Shown: positions 51,603 through 64,000 of the stretch, piece after piece | Numbering within the stretch: position 1 is the stretch's first letter | Layout of the letters: the number at the start of each line of letters is the position of its first letter | Source: Octopus bimaculoides | Taxonomy: Eukaryota | Assembly (NCBI RefSeq): GCF_001194135.2 | Contig: NC_068993.1 | Coordinates: 62,324,461 to 62,388,460 of the forward strand | Direction of reading: 5' to 3' | Length of the DNA stretch: 64,000 bases | Made by a program: the position numbers and the translations under genes | Notes under the pieces: generated by a model | The model's database searches: none | What the model was told of the DNA's origin: nothing | What the model saw: only the letters and a program-made list of their open reading frames with translations

Positions 51603-51916
51603 CTGGTACTCCGTTGGTTACGACGATCAATGTTCTAGTGGATCCGGTTAACTCGTGATATTAACGTGCACGGGGCTGAGTACTCCATAGATACGCGTAC
51701 CCTTAACGTAGTTCGCAGGGAAATTTAATGTGTCACATAATATGACAAGGCTGGGGCCCTTTGAATTACAGGTATTGCTCATTTTTACCAGCTGAGTGTA
51801 CTGGAATAATGTGGAATAAAGCGTCTTGCTCAAGGACGCAATGCGATGCCGCGAATCGAACTCACGACATTATGATCATAAGCTGAATACCCTAACCTCT
51901 AAGTCACGCAACTTCA
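51603..51916 (-). mobile_element. Family D SINE
   Basis: Reverse-complement match to 31994-32306. Confidence 0.8.
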
Positions 51917-52491
51917 CGCGCCTGAAGAATTTTCCGAAAACGAGGCCCGGAAACCAATGAAAATGAAAAATACTTCTCTTCCACGTCGACCGCGCGTTCA
52001 AAAAGTTTCTATGACTGATACACAAAATGTAAGGGAATGCAAACCAAAAGTAAAGAAATAAACATTTAGGGCCTGAAGGAATCACATCACTCAGCAAAAA
52101 AGAAAAAAAAAAAAGAAAAATATCTAGTGACGTAACATCTTAGTGAACCCTCGCTCTCCTATGAACACCCTAAAAATTCTAGGATAGCTTAATTCTTGAC
52201 ATCGCCAACCTGCAATTAGTCACCTTGAACTTGCATTCAACTAGAACACAGACGCAAGGCGCAAAACGCACCAAATGTCTCCCACACAGTCATATTTTTG
52301 TATCAGTCATAATGCTCAGCAATGTTTTCGAATCTATCCCTCCGCTTCCCACTCTTCACCGTTTTAATAAATCATACAAGACGTTTGTTAGTAAACTGTT
52401 TGTGGTAACTGTCAAATCCACTCGTTTTCTATCAGCAACACTACGGATTAGCAAATACAGGCAACTATCAAGCACAACAATATAAACACAC

Positions 52492-52894
52492 AGACGTGGC
52501 GGCGTGGTAAGAAGCTTGCTTACCAGCCACATGGTTCCAGGTTCAGTCTCACTGTGTGGCACCTTAGGCAAGTGTCTTCTACTGTAGCTTCAGGCCGACT
52601 AAAGCCTTGTGAATGGATTTTGGAGAGAGAAACTGAAAGAAGCCCGTCGAGTATATAATATATGTGTGTGTGTGTGTGTGACTGCATTTATGTTTGTGTT
52701 TGTCCCCCACTAATGCTTGATAAGGGTGTTGTTGTGTTTACGTCCCCGTAACTTAGCGGTTTGGCGAAAGTGACTGCTATAATAAATACTAAGTGTAGAA
52801 GAATAAGGACTGGGATTGATTCGTTCGATTAAAAAATTCTTCAATGTGGTGCCCCAGCATGGCCGCCACCTAATGACTGAATCGAATAAAAGAT
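52492..52894 (+). mobile_element. Family B SINE, full length (tRNA head, CORE, (TG)n, 3' module)
   Basis: A box TGGCGGCGTGG, B box GGTTCAGTC, GTGGCACCTTAGGCAAGTGTCTTC, TG tract, GTCCCCGTAACTTAGCGG, CAGCATGGCCGC..AATGACTGAA. Confidence 0.88.
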
Positions 52895-53643
52895 GAACCC
52901 ACAACACACAAGATGACAACGCTAGCAGTTATATACAGCTCCGCCACAGCATTCGCAACGAACATAGAAAACAGCAAACAGAACTGAACGAAGCAAAACG
53001 CACAGAGAAAGATTACAGGTGCCATATTTAGCCAACAGAAAGAATCAACGACAATTGTATGTATAAATAATTCATTAGATCCGTCATATATTATGCTAGA
53101 CCTACTGGAGCATCCATTCTCTCCTCATACAATGCATTGATTTACTAATACAAAAAAACGACACAATAAACTTCGTAACAGGATGTTAACAGACAGCCTA
53201 CAACAACATAGCAAAAGTATTAAATATGTAAAATCGGTGTAATGTGAGAGATGGAATTTCTCTTATCGTTGCAAACTCCGATCCTCTCAGTCCTTGCCAT
53301 TACCTGAAAATCCACCTCTAAAACACAAAGACAACTATACAAAGCTCTAGAGCACTGGAAAATGATATCCTTCAAAAATAGTTGACCCGATCGTGCCTTA
53401 TACACACATACACACACATGTATATGTGTGTGTTAGCGTGTAAATAATGGGTTGAAAAACCATTTTGGATGGAGAATGCTGAAGGCTACACGTAGGACAC
53501 TAGTCCACATCTAGAGACACAGTAAGCGTTCTACTAGATGACAAAACAATCTTTCGAAATTTTCTATCCATTTCAAGAAATGTATTCTTACCAGCAAGAC
53601 TGGTATGTTATACATACATACATACATACATACATACATACAT

Positions 53644-53697
<54 letters not shown>

Positions 53698-53739
53698 ATG
53701 TATGTATTATATATATATATATATAATATGGGAAAAATG

Positions 53740-54243
53740 AAGCTGCTAGGCAGAGACTGACCTTGAACTCAGTCGCGCATGCACACTAAGTCATAACGTT
53801 CTCGCTCACTTCTGTTAGAGCAGTTACAGGAAGTAAAGTGTATAGAGTGTGGTCGTTTCAACAAGTAGATCAGGTTTCAGCTGCGCAAGATCTTGATTGT
53901 GTCGAGGAAGACGAAGACAATTTGAAAACGCTCCTGACAAGGGACGAATCATGGATCTATTGCTATGGTCCTTTCTTCTTTCCAAAAATCAAATCTCACT
54001 TGAAGGGAACATGATCTCAAGACGTTGAAGAAATCCAAGAGGATGCGACATAAGCAGCTGCTTGCAATCCCCACCAAAAAGGAATACCCAGGAATGCCTC
54101 CATCAATGGAGACAACTCTGGATAAGGTGTGAGTCCATTTTAGAAGGGAACAATTTCAAAGAAGATTAATTACGGAATTGATATGTGTTGTTTTCTTTGG
54201 ATGGCACCAGTCCTGATACTTTTCTTTTAATCAGAACATATAT
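53740..54243 (+). mobile_element. Decayed, internally deleted mariner transposase remnant
   Basis: EEDEDNLKTLLTRDESWIYCY (first Asp region of the catalytic triad) joined directly to FFFPKIKSHLKG..QDVEEIQ (C-terminal region). The 3' end CCAGTCCTGATACTT..ATCAGA resembles a TIR. Confidence 0.75.
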
Positions 54244-55334
54244 ATGGTCACTTGAAGTGCAAGAAATAGCTGGCAAATCTCCCTCGAATTACATACCACG
54301 GCCTTCGTAAATAGAACACTTTACACTAAAAGACGGGATGAACGAGGCTGGAATCCCTAAAATCATAGCTCTTCTCAATCAAGACTGGTAATGGACTAAA
54401 TAATCATAATTAAATATACTCCTTTCCTTTTCCTAGATTTTTATTCACCCACCACCACCACCACCACCACCACCATCAGCAACAACAACAACAACAACAA
54501 CCCTCTACATAACCGCACTCACCGCCTCCAACACCCACACAACCGCACTCACTACCGAAAACTCCCTCGCATCCTACTACAACTACTATCATCAATAATT
54601 ACCATTCACTTACATTTTTTATGCTTANNNNNNNNNNNNNNNNNNNNNNNNNNNNNNNNNNNNNNNNNNNNNNNNNNNNNNNNNNNNNNNNNNNNNNNNN
54701 NNNNNNNNNNNNNNNNNNNNNNNNNNNNNNNNNNNNNNNNNNNNNNNNNNNNNNNNNNNNNNNNNNNNNNNNNNNNNNNNNNNNNNNNNNNNNNNNNNNN
54801 NNNNNNNNNNNNNNNNNNNNNNNNNNNNNNNNNNNNNNNNNNNNNNNNNNNNNNNNNNNNNNNNNNNNNNNNNNNNNNNNNNNNNNNNNNNNNNNNNNNN
54901 NNNNNNNNNNNNNNNNNNNNNNNNNNNNNNNNNNNNNNNNNNNNNNNNNNNNNNNNNNNNNNNNNNNNNNNNNNNNNNNNNNNNNNNNNNNNNNNNNNNN
55001 NNNNNNNNNNNNNNNNNNNNNNNNNNNNNNNNNNNNNNNNNNNNNNNNNNNNNNNNNNNNNNNNNNNNNNNNNNNNNNNNNNNNNNNNNNNNNNNNNNNN
55101 NNNNNNNNNNNNNNNNNNNNNNNNNNNNNNNNNNNNNNNNNNNNNNNNNNNNNNNNNNNNNNNNNNNNNNNNNNNNNNNNNNNNNNNNNNNNNNNNNNNN
55201 NNNNNNNNNNNNNNNNNNNNNNNNNNNNNNNNNNNNNNNNNNNNNNNNNNNNNNNNNNNNNNNNNNNNNNNNNNNNNNNNNNNNNNNNNNNNNNNNNNNN
55301 NNNNNNNNNNNNNNNNNNNNNNNNNNNNNNNNNN

Positions 55335-56272
55335 TATCTCCGTTTGTCTTTATCTCTCTATCACGGACGCATACATACACGCATATATACTGTCTTTGTA
55401 TGTATATGTGTATGTATATATTTATGTATGTTTGTATGAGTGTGTATGTGCGTATTCCTGTATATACATATACATATGTATATATATACACATATATACA
55501 TATATATGTGTGTGAGTGTGTGTGTATAATTGTTAAAGAGGAAAATAAACGTTAAGGCAAGGCAAACATCTCAAGACATATACACTATTATTTTATTATT
55601 GGAAAAGAAAATTCAAAGTCTTACAGCTGTTTCTGGGATATCCCAGAATATGGGATATTCCGTCATCGGAGACAAATAGGGAAAAATGAGAAGGATATAC
55701 ATTAATGAAATGCCGGCATAGAGGATAGGAGCAAAAGAATAAGGGGATGAAGAAAGCGAAGAATAAAGAAACATAAAAGTTCACAGTTCACCTCTCTGAT
55801 CTTGTAGAATTAAGTCCATAAGTCCTTCGGTGCAATCCTGCGTAAATCGATGTGGCTTAAAATCCNNNNNNNNNNACCATACAGCAATCTAGTGCTCTAA
55901 TGCAATTCATTAAAAACTTTTTTTTGCATATCATTCACTTGATCACATTTTGCCTGAAGTTGCTATCTCTCTTGTTGGCCATAATAATATTTACTTGTCT
56001 ATTTATTTTCACGGAGTTAATTGTGCGTGCATAGACATACATACGCATCTCATTGTATCTCCGTTTGTCTTTATCTCTCTATCACGGACGCATACATACA
56101 CGCATATATACTGTCTTTGTATGTATATGTGTATGTATATATTTATGTATGTTTGTATGAGTGTGTATGTGCGTATTCCTGTATATACATATACATATGT
56201 ATATATATACACATATATACATATATATGTGTGTGAGTGTGTGTGTATAATTGTTAAAGAGGAAAATAAACG
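55335..56272. other. Identical 217-bp duplication (55335-55551 = 56056-56272), each copy abutting a gap; probable assembly artefact
   Basis: Copy 1 starts at a gap end and copy 2 ends at a gap start. Confidence 0.85.
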
Positions 56273-56937
56273 NNNNNNNNNNNNNNNNNNNNNNNNNNNN
56301 NNNNNNNNNNNNNNNNNNNNNNNNNNNNNNNNNNNNNNNNNNNNNNNNNNNNNNNNNNNNNNNNNNNNNNNNNNNNNNNNNNNNNNNNNNNNNNNNNNNN
56401 NNNNNNNNNNNNNNNNNNNNNNNNNNNNNNNNNNNNNNNNNNNNNNNNNNNNNNNNNNNNNNNNNNNNNNNNNNNNNNNNNNNNNNNNNNNNNNNNNNNN
56501 NNNNNNNNNNNNNNNNNNNNNNNNNNNNNNNNNNNNNNNNNNNNNNNNNNNNNNNNNNNNNNNNNNNNNNNNNNNNNNNNNNNNNNNNNNNNNNNNNNNN
56601 NNNNNNNNNNNNNNNNNNNNNNNNNNNNNNNNNNNNNNNNNNNNNNNNNNNNNNNNNNNNNNNNNNNNNNNNNNNNNNNNNNNNNNNNNNNNNNNNNNNN
56701 NNNNNNNNNNNNNNNNNNNNNNNNNNNNNNNNNNNNNNNNNNNNNNNNNNNNNNNNNNNNNNNNNNNNNNNNNNNNNNNNNNNNNNNNNNNNNNNNNNNN
56801 NNNNNNNNNNNNNNNNNNNNNNNNNNNNNNNNNNNNNNNNNNNNNNNNNNNNNNNNNNNACCATAGAGCCCTAGTAATCCGTTACAGCACTTACCTAGCA
56901 TACCTAATTGTTTATATCACATGTGAACTAAACCCCC

Positions 56938-56983
<46 letters not shown>

Positions 56984-57619
56984 TTTCCGAACGTGATGCT
57001 GACCAGCCTGTTATAACATATTAAAAAAACACACTGAGAGAACTCAGTTCAATCAATAATATTGTAGAGCGAATATCTGTGTATTAAACAGTATACTTAA
57101 TCGGCCATTACTGTACTGTTTCACCAGTAGCGGTACTCGAGGATCTATTTATATGTCGATATCGTTAAAACAAAATTTTGTTTCATGTTCATAAATCTAA
57201 AAGGAGGGTATCTTCTGACTATTTCTAGACTGATAGATTCTTGTGCAATGTATATGAATTTAAATCTAATGATGTTAGAGTGTAGGGGAAAAATTTGTTA
57301 AAATATGTACTTAAATACAAATCCAAGTTTGTTAATAATCGAATGTAAGATTGAAGGACGAAAGATCAAAACAAATTTCTTTTCAATAGATAATATTAAA
57401 AGATGAATATTATTCACATACTTCATATAATGGAAGACACCCTTTGTAAACATGCGCATATGACACACAATTTTGCGCTTTTTATAGATGATGACGTATG
57501 AACACTTCCAGCAGGCCATTTGAAAAATTCTGCAGGTGAAACTGCTCACTAGTAAACGACGATCACATTTCACTGTTTAATACACAAGCACGTAGTCACA
57601 CAGTCATATGCATATACAT

Positions 57620-57740
57620 ACGTATACCTGCATACATATATACATATACATACATACATACATACATACATACATACATACATGCATACATACATACATA
57701 CATACATACATACATACATACATACATACATACATACGTA
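57620..57740. repeat. (CATA)n microsatellite
   Basis: Direct reading. Confidence 0.95.
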
Positions 57741-58188
57741 CGTACTTACGTACGTAGGTACGTACGTGTGTATGTATGTGTTATAATAAAAATACGATTA
57801 TACTCCAATTAAAAGTTTTTTAGGTTGTTTTTGATTTCCGAATTAAGCTTTGCCGATTCTTTGGAAAATTCTATGTTACAAATATTTCCTGACTATACTA
57901 TTCTCTGGATCAGGATATGAAGTGATATTGGATTCTGTTCTGCGAATCATATTTTTGCAGAATTCAAGACCAGGATATTACCGTTAGATTTCAACATCGT
58001 CAGGAACGTATTTTGGCCTGAGAGTTACTCATCATCAAGAATGTGTCTTTTCTGTTTGTAACACGTGTTTTTTTCTTCTTTACGTTTATTTTAGATGTGA
58101 ACTACGATAAGAAAAGTACTTCCATATTAAACGAATATTTTCTTAGCCAAGTTTGACTGGAGAGAATGTATGCCTTTTCAAACATAGC

Positions 58189-58226
58189 AACATCGGTTGC
58201 CAGGCGATGGTGGAGGGATAAACACA

Positions 58227-58263
<37 letters not shown>

Positions 58264-58290
58264 GACGGACTTCTTTCAGCTTCCGTCTAC
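58189..58290 (-). mobile_element. Family B SINE internal fragment
   Basis: AACATCGGTTGCCAGGCGATGG..(CA)n..TACGACGGACTTCTTTCAG. Confidence 0.7.
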
Positions 58291-58977
58291 AGCCACGTCT
58301 GCGCCTATACATATATGGCATATATTCCAAAAGTTCCTTTCTGTTTGATCATTGGTTACGTGCTCAAAACATGTTATAAAGGACGTGAGTTTCGCCTGCA
58401 TATCACGGTAGCTTGAAACTCATGTCGTGAGATAAACCCTCAGCTTCATATATATGTATATATNNNNNNNNNNNNNNNNNNNNNNNNNNNNNNNNNNNNN
58501 NNNNNNNNNNNNNNNNNNNNNNNNNNNNNNNNNNNNNNNNNNNNNNNNNNNNNNNNNNNNNNNNNNNNNNNNNNNNNNNNNNNNNNNNNNNNNNNNNNNN
58601 NNNNNNNNNNNNNNNNNNNNNNNNNNNNNNNNNNNNNNNNNNNNNNNNNNNNNNNNNNNNNNNNNNNNNNNNNNNNNNNNNNNNNNNNNNNNNNNNNNNN
58701 NNNNNNNNNNNNNNNNNNNNNNNNNNNNNNNNNNNNNNNNNNNNNNNNNNNNNNNNNNNNNNNNNNNNNNNNNNNNNNNNNNNNNNNNNNNNNNNNNNNN
58801 NNNNNNNNNNNNNNNNNNNNNNNNNNNNNNNNNNNNNNNNNNNNNNNNNNNNNNNNNNNNNNNNNNNNNNNNNNNNNNNNNNNNNNNNNNNNNNNNNNNN
58901 NNNNNNNNNNNNNNNNNNNNNNNNNNNNNNNNNNNNNNNNNNNNNNNNNNNNNNNNNNNNNNNNNNNNNNNNNNNNN

Positions 58978-59025
<48 letters not shown>

Positions 59026-59936
59026 AGAGAGAGAGAGAGAGAGTAAGAGAGAGAGAGTAAGTGCGCCAAATTATACTGTGTAGTGAAACTTAGTCAAATA
59101 ACAAATATATTGTGTAGCACCCAATAAAATCCGCTCGAAAAATATGTACCCCTAAAGGGGACAGAGTTAGTTTCAGTTTAGTAAATATTTCCTTACAGAA
59201 GCTGAAATTTGAAAGTAGAGTTATGAGGAGAAACAAGATAATAAGTTGCAGAAAATACACACATGATGCTGTCAGAAGTGTCTTGTTGCCAGTGTAGACG
59301 GCGTAGTGGTATACGGTAGAGGGACTTCACTATATGTGTCTGTGTGTGCGTATTATATTCTTAGGAATAGGCACGGCAGAGCGCGGAGGCACACGGACCT
59401 GCACACGCACTCACGGAATTGTAGACGCACGTCTGTGTGGAACAGGATGCAAGTGTACAAAACAAAGAAGAGCGTGTGAGCCTCGATTATGAATTGCGTC
59501 AAACGTAAACACGCTTTTTTATGGGAGAGCGAGTGTGCGCGTGTGTATATATTTATCTCTATATATTTAAATATATTATTAAATAGCTAGCGTGGGGACG
59601 ATAGGACACAGTCGTGTGTCGATAAGCCAGCTGGAGGAGATGTCCTCCTGGGGCTAAAAGCAACAGTAACATCCACCCCTAGGGGTCAGCCACACTTAAG
59701 TGGCAATATACTACACTTTATGTATATATACATATGTATATATACACAAGTACACACACACATACATACATGCATATATAGATATGTATGCTTGTACATA
59801 TGCGTGTGTAAATATATATATATATACATATGTATAAAAACATTTATATGTGTATACATGTGTACAAGTACATGCGCGGGCGCGCACACACATACACGCG
59901 CATACACACATATATATGCTTATATACACGCGCCCA

Positions 59937-59989
<53 letters not shown>

Positions 59990-60012
59990 GTCTGTCTGTC
60001 TATCTATCTATC

Positions 60013-60265
60013 TATTCTTTCAATCATTGAATTACAGCCATGCTCAGCATTGACTAGAACAGTTTGATTGAACAAATCGATCCCAATCTTCATTTTTAAA
60101 TCTAGTACTGATTCTATCATCACCGTTGTCGAACCGCAAAGTTATGGGGACGTAAACAAACCAACACTGTTTAGAAAGTGGTAAGTTTAGCAAACACAAA
60201 GCACACCGCATATACACACACATCTACAACGGGCTTTCACAAAATTCCGTTTGCGAAATTATCCA
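60013..60265 (-). mobile_element. Family B SINE, diverged
   Basis: GAACAAATCGATCCC..GAACCGCAAAGTTATGGGGACGTAAAC. Confidence 0.65.
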
Positions 60266-61244
60266 CCACGGTACTGGCTTAACGCATGATTGCTTTCTAA
60301 AAAAAAAAAGCTGAGCTACTCCATTGATTGCAGCAGGATTTAACTTTGAGGAATGGTCAGCAAAATTCGAAGCAGTGGGTCAAGAGAACCCATGTTCATA
60401 TTCTTACTTGAGGCAAAGGCTTTATAATACTTAAATTTCACTGATATATATATATATGTGTGTGTATTTGCATATACATAAATATGCGTGTGTATATAGT
60501 TGTCTTTTTTTCTCTCTTTCTCTTTCTCAATTACAAAATTATAAAATAAAAAGATTTCTTTGAAATTTTTAGAAATTTTAAAAAAATTATATAATTTTGT
60601 AATTTAAAAATTGTATAAATTGTAATTTTTAAGTTGTAAAAATATATTAGGAAGTTATATATAGAGATATTTTTATTTTTATTCTTATCTTTAATGAAAA
60701 TATCTTAGAATGTGTAGGATTAAGTTGGATCCGTTAATAATAATAATAAAAAGAAAAATAGCCCGAGGATGCACTGGTGGATTTTTATATTAGGTATAGC
60801 CTGGTAAAACAAACCACCAGGGCAGAAACACGTGTAGCGTTCATTAATATTATCTTCTTTCCCCACAGACTAATAACAAGTAAGGTACATATATTTTAAA
60901 AATATGTTTGAATAATTTTTAATTAATTCTATTATACTTTATTTTATAGTACGTTATAGTAGGCTATGAGTTAATAATTTTGGTGTAGAGGCTTCACCAC
61001 CTTACTAAAACTATTTTTTGTACACATAATTTCTTAACAAAAACTGTTGACAGTGACTCCGAAGTTTAGACCTTCTTAGCCGTCATCACTACTATTTTTG
61101 TTAAGATATATGTACTTTACAAAGAGTATTGAGTAATCTTGAAGTTTAATGTAAAATTATTTTTATTATAAATCGAAATAAAATCAAAAGATTTTATATA
61201 CGTGTATATATATATATGTGTATGTGTGTGTGNNNNNNNNNNTG

Positions 61245-61287
<43 letters not shown>

Positions 61288-62503
61288 ATTTACGGAGAGA
61301 GAGAGGGGGTTCGTATATGACCTCCTTTTGCTATGGTAGTCATACGTGCTTCGTCGATCTACATAAAATAGCAGACAAACATTACTCGAATGTTAATCAA
61401 CTGTCTATAAACAAGCCTGGACGCAGAAATGCAACGAAACGCGCTAATGACCGAGGAAAATTCTTCAATCATTTGTTTGCCTAACTACGTCCTTCCTCGG
61501 GCTTAACAACAATAAGAACAAACAACTCCATCGCAATATACTACAACTATTTACACGCTAATGATGGCAAATATTTTCTTTTCAGTAAATTTGAATGAGG
61601 TTGTAGTATCCATCGAGTTCATTCTATGGAATAAATGACTTGAAATAAAGTATAATGATTTCTACTGCCTACAGCGTGAATCGAAACAGGGTTGCGGGAT
61701 TGTATTGCAAAGAACTTACCTTCTACAATACCACAGTGCACCCGCGTAAAATACCCAAATGTATCGATTTTGACGAGTGCAGCCTTGTCGACAAACACAG
61801 CTACGTTGCATGTTTACAAGTTAGTTTACTGCAGAAATGAGTCACCACTCGCTTGTTTATATCGGTTAACGATGTTCAGCATTCGGGTGTGCATGTACGC
61901 ATGTATGTAGGCAATAATATTCCCACAGGTGAAATTACACAGGTATACATAGGCACGTACAAGGCACACACATACCTGTATAGAGAGGGATAGACGTACA
62001 TACATACACATGTTTATAAAAGGGTTTGTGTACGAAAGTCTGCGAGTGGAAGGTAGAGAAACAAGAGGACGATATGCACAGTGTTATCTTATGTACGGAT
62101 ATGTATTCCCATTATATATATATATATATATATNNNNNNNNNNNNNNNNNNNNNNNNNNNNNNNNNNNNNNNNNNNNNNNNNNNNNNNNNNNNNNNNNNN
62201 NNNNNNNNNNNNNNNNNNNNNNNNNNNNNNNNNNNNNNNNNNNNNNNNNNNNNNNNNNNNNNNNNNNNNNNNNNNNNNNNNNNNNNNNNNNNNNNNNNNN
62301 NNNNNNNNNNNNNNNNNNNNNNNNNNNNNNNNNNNNNNNNNNNNNNNNNNNNNNNNNNNNNNNNNNNNNNNNNNNNNNNNNNNNNNNNNNNNNNNNNNNT
62401 ATATATATATATATGCATGTATACATAGAAACACATATGAACACGTAAATATATGTGCGTGTATTGTATATAATGTATGCGTGAGTGCATATATATATAT
62501 TCA

Positions 62504-62604
62504 TTTATTCTTTTATTTGTTTCAGTCATTTGGCTACGGCCATGCTTTAGTCGAGCAAATCAACCCCACTACTTATTCTATCGGTTCCTTTTGCCGAACC
62601 GCTA
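62504..62604 (-). mobile_element. Family B SINE 3' module fragment
   Basis: TTCTTTTATTTGTTTCAGTCATTTGGCTACGGCCATGC..TTTTGCCGAACCGCTA. Confidence 0.75.
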
Positions 62605-62614
62605 TATAGATAGG

Positions 62615-62664
<50 letters not shown>

Positions 62665-62665
62665 A

Positions 62666-62715
<50 letters not shown>
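62605..62715. repeat. (GATA)n microsatellite
   Basis: Direct reading. Confidence 0.97.
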
Positions 62716-62716
<1 letters not shown>

Positions 62717-63391
62717 TCCATTTATATGTATCCGTCTATATCCATATGCTTATATGTATATGTATGTATGTGAATATATATATATTTNNNNNNNNNNNNN
62801 NNNNNNNNNNNNNNNNNNNNNNNNNNNNNNNNNNNNNNNNNNNNNNNNNNNNNNNNNNNNNNNNNNNNNNNNNNNNNNNNNNNNNNNNNNNNNNNNNNNN
62901 NNNNNNNNNNNNNNNNNNNNNNNNNNNNNNNNNNNNNNNNNNNNNNNNNNNNNNNNNNNNNNNNNNNNNNNNNNNNNNNNNNNNNNNNNNNNNNNNNNNN
63001 NNNNNNNNNNNNNNNNNNNNNNNNNNNNNNNNNNNNNNNNNNNNNNNNNNNNNNNNNNNNNNNNNNNNNNNNNNNNNNNNNNNNNNNNNNNNNNNNNNNN
63101 NNNNNNNNNNNNNNNNNNNNNNNNNNNNNNNNNNNNNNNNNNNNNNNNNNNNNNNNNNNNNNNNNNNNNNNNNNNNNNNNNNNNNNNNNNNNNNNNNNNN
63201 NNNNNNNNNNNNNNNNNNNNNNNNNNNNNNNNNNNNNNNNNNNNNNNNNNNNNNNNNNNNNNNNNNNNNNNNNNNNNNNNNNNNNNNNNNNNNNNNNNNN
63301 NNNNNNNNNNNNNNNNNNNNNNNNNNNNNNNNNNNNNNNNNNNNNNNNNNNNNNNNNNNNNNNNNNNNNNNNNNNNNNNNNNNNNNNNNNN

Positions 63392-63554
63392 NCGATTAGA
63401 TGGACACCAGTATGCAACTGGTATTTAATTTATCGACCTCGAAAGGATGAAAGGCAAAGTCGACCTCGGTGGAATTCGAACTCAGAACGTAAAGACAGAC
63501 GAAATGCCGATAAGCATTTCGCTCGGCGTGCTAACGTTTCTGCCAGCTCGCCGC
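63392..63554 (-). mobile_element. Family A SINE, left arm of an inverted pair
   Basis: Family core and head; tail lost in the gap. Confidence 0.85.
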
Positions 63555-63603
63555 ATTTCAAACCTTTCCTATTATTATTCTTTGTATTTTATTCTTTGTT
63601 TCT

Positions 63604-63789
63604 GGTAGAAACGTTAGCACGTTGGACGAAATGCTTAGCGGTATTTCGTCTGTCTTTACGATCTGAGTTCAAATTTCGCCGAGGTCGACTTTGCCTTTCA
63701 TCCTTTCGGGATCGATTGGGGTCGATCTAATCGACTGGCCTCTTCCCCCAAAATTTCGTGCCATTGTGCTTAGAGTAGAAAAGATTATT
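63604..63789 (+). mobile_element. Family A SINE, right arm of an inverted pair
   Basis: GGTAGAAACGTTAGCACG..TAGAGTAGAAAAGATT. Confidence 0.85.
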
Positions 63790-64000
63790 TTTTTTTGTAT
63801 TTATATACACATAGAGAGAGACAGAGGTGAGATAGATCCATAGTTATGCATTTGTATATGTGTGTGTGTGTGTGTTCGTGTGTTTTATATTCGCAAAGCA
63901 TGTCAGATTTATATACATTTCTGCGTATATGTACTTGCTGAAAAAAAAAAAAAACCCGAAAACTTGTTATTTATTTTCTATCAGTTAATTTGAACACTTT

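Larger units (their letters stand above)
50820..53330 (+). mobile_element. Probable decayed LINE ORF2 remnant, interrupted by SINEs at 51603 and 52492
   Basis: A/C-rich sense strand with many stops. MYK*FIRSVIYYARPT at 53059 resembles the LINE RT thumb motif LYKxxIRxxxxYAxPxW. Boundaries are approximate. Confidence 0.45.

Overview
Repeat-dense, AT-rich eukaryotic non-coding DNA with about 18 N-gaps, most flanked by microsatellites. The SINE families and microsatellite load suggest an Octopus genome (inference, not verified). No intact host protein-coding gene is supported; most ORFs in the supplied track are microsatellite or gap read-throughs. The window holds at least six tRNA-derived SINE families, a decayed Penelope-like element (PLE; RT thumb, Cys linker, GIY-YIG) split by a Helentron-type HINE, mariner and Tigger deletion derivatives, and a probable LINE remnant. 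The most notable signal is a tRNA-headed SINE (family C, 3 copies: 2392-2665, 15228-15577, 40536-40816). Its 3' half carries a minimal type I hammerhead ribozyme fold of the kind found in Penelope elements, and all three copies have an inverted duplication at the 5' junction. This suggests a Pol III SINE that self-cleaves and is mobilised by PLE machinery. Novelty and activity could not be checked without tools.
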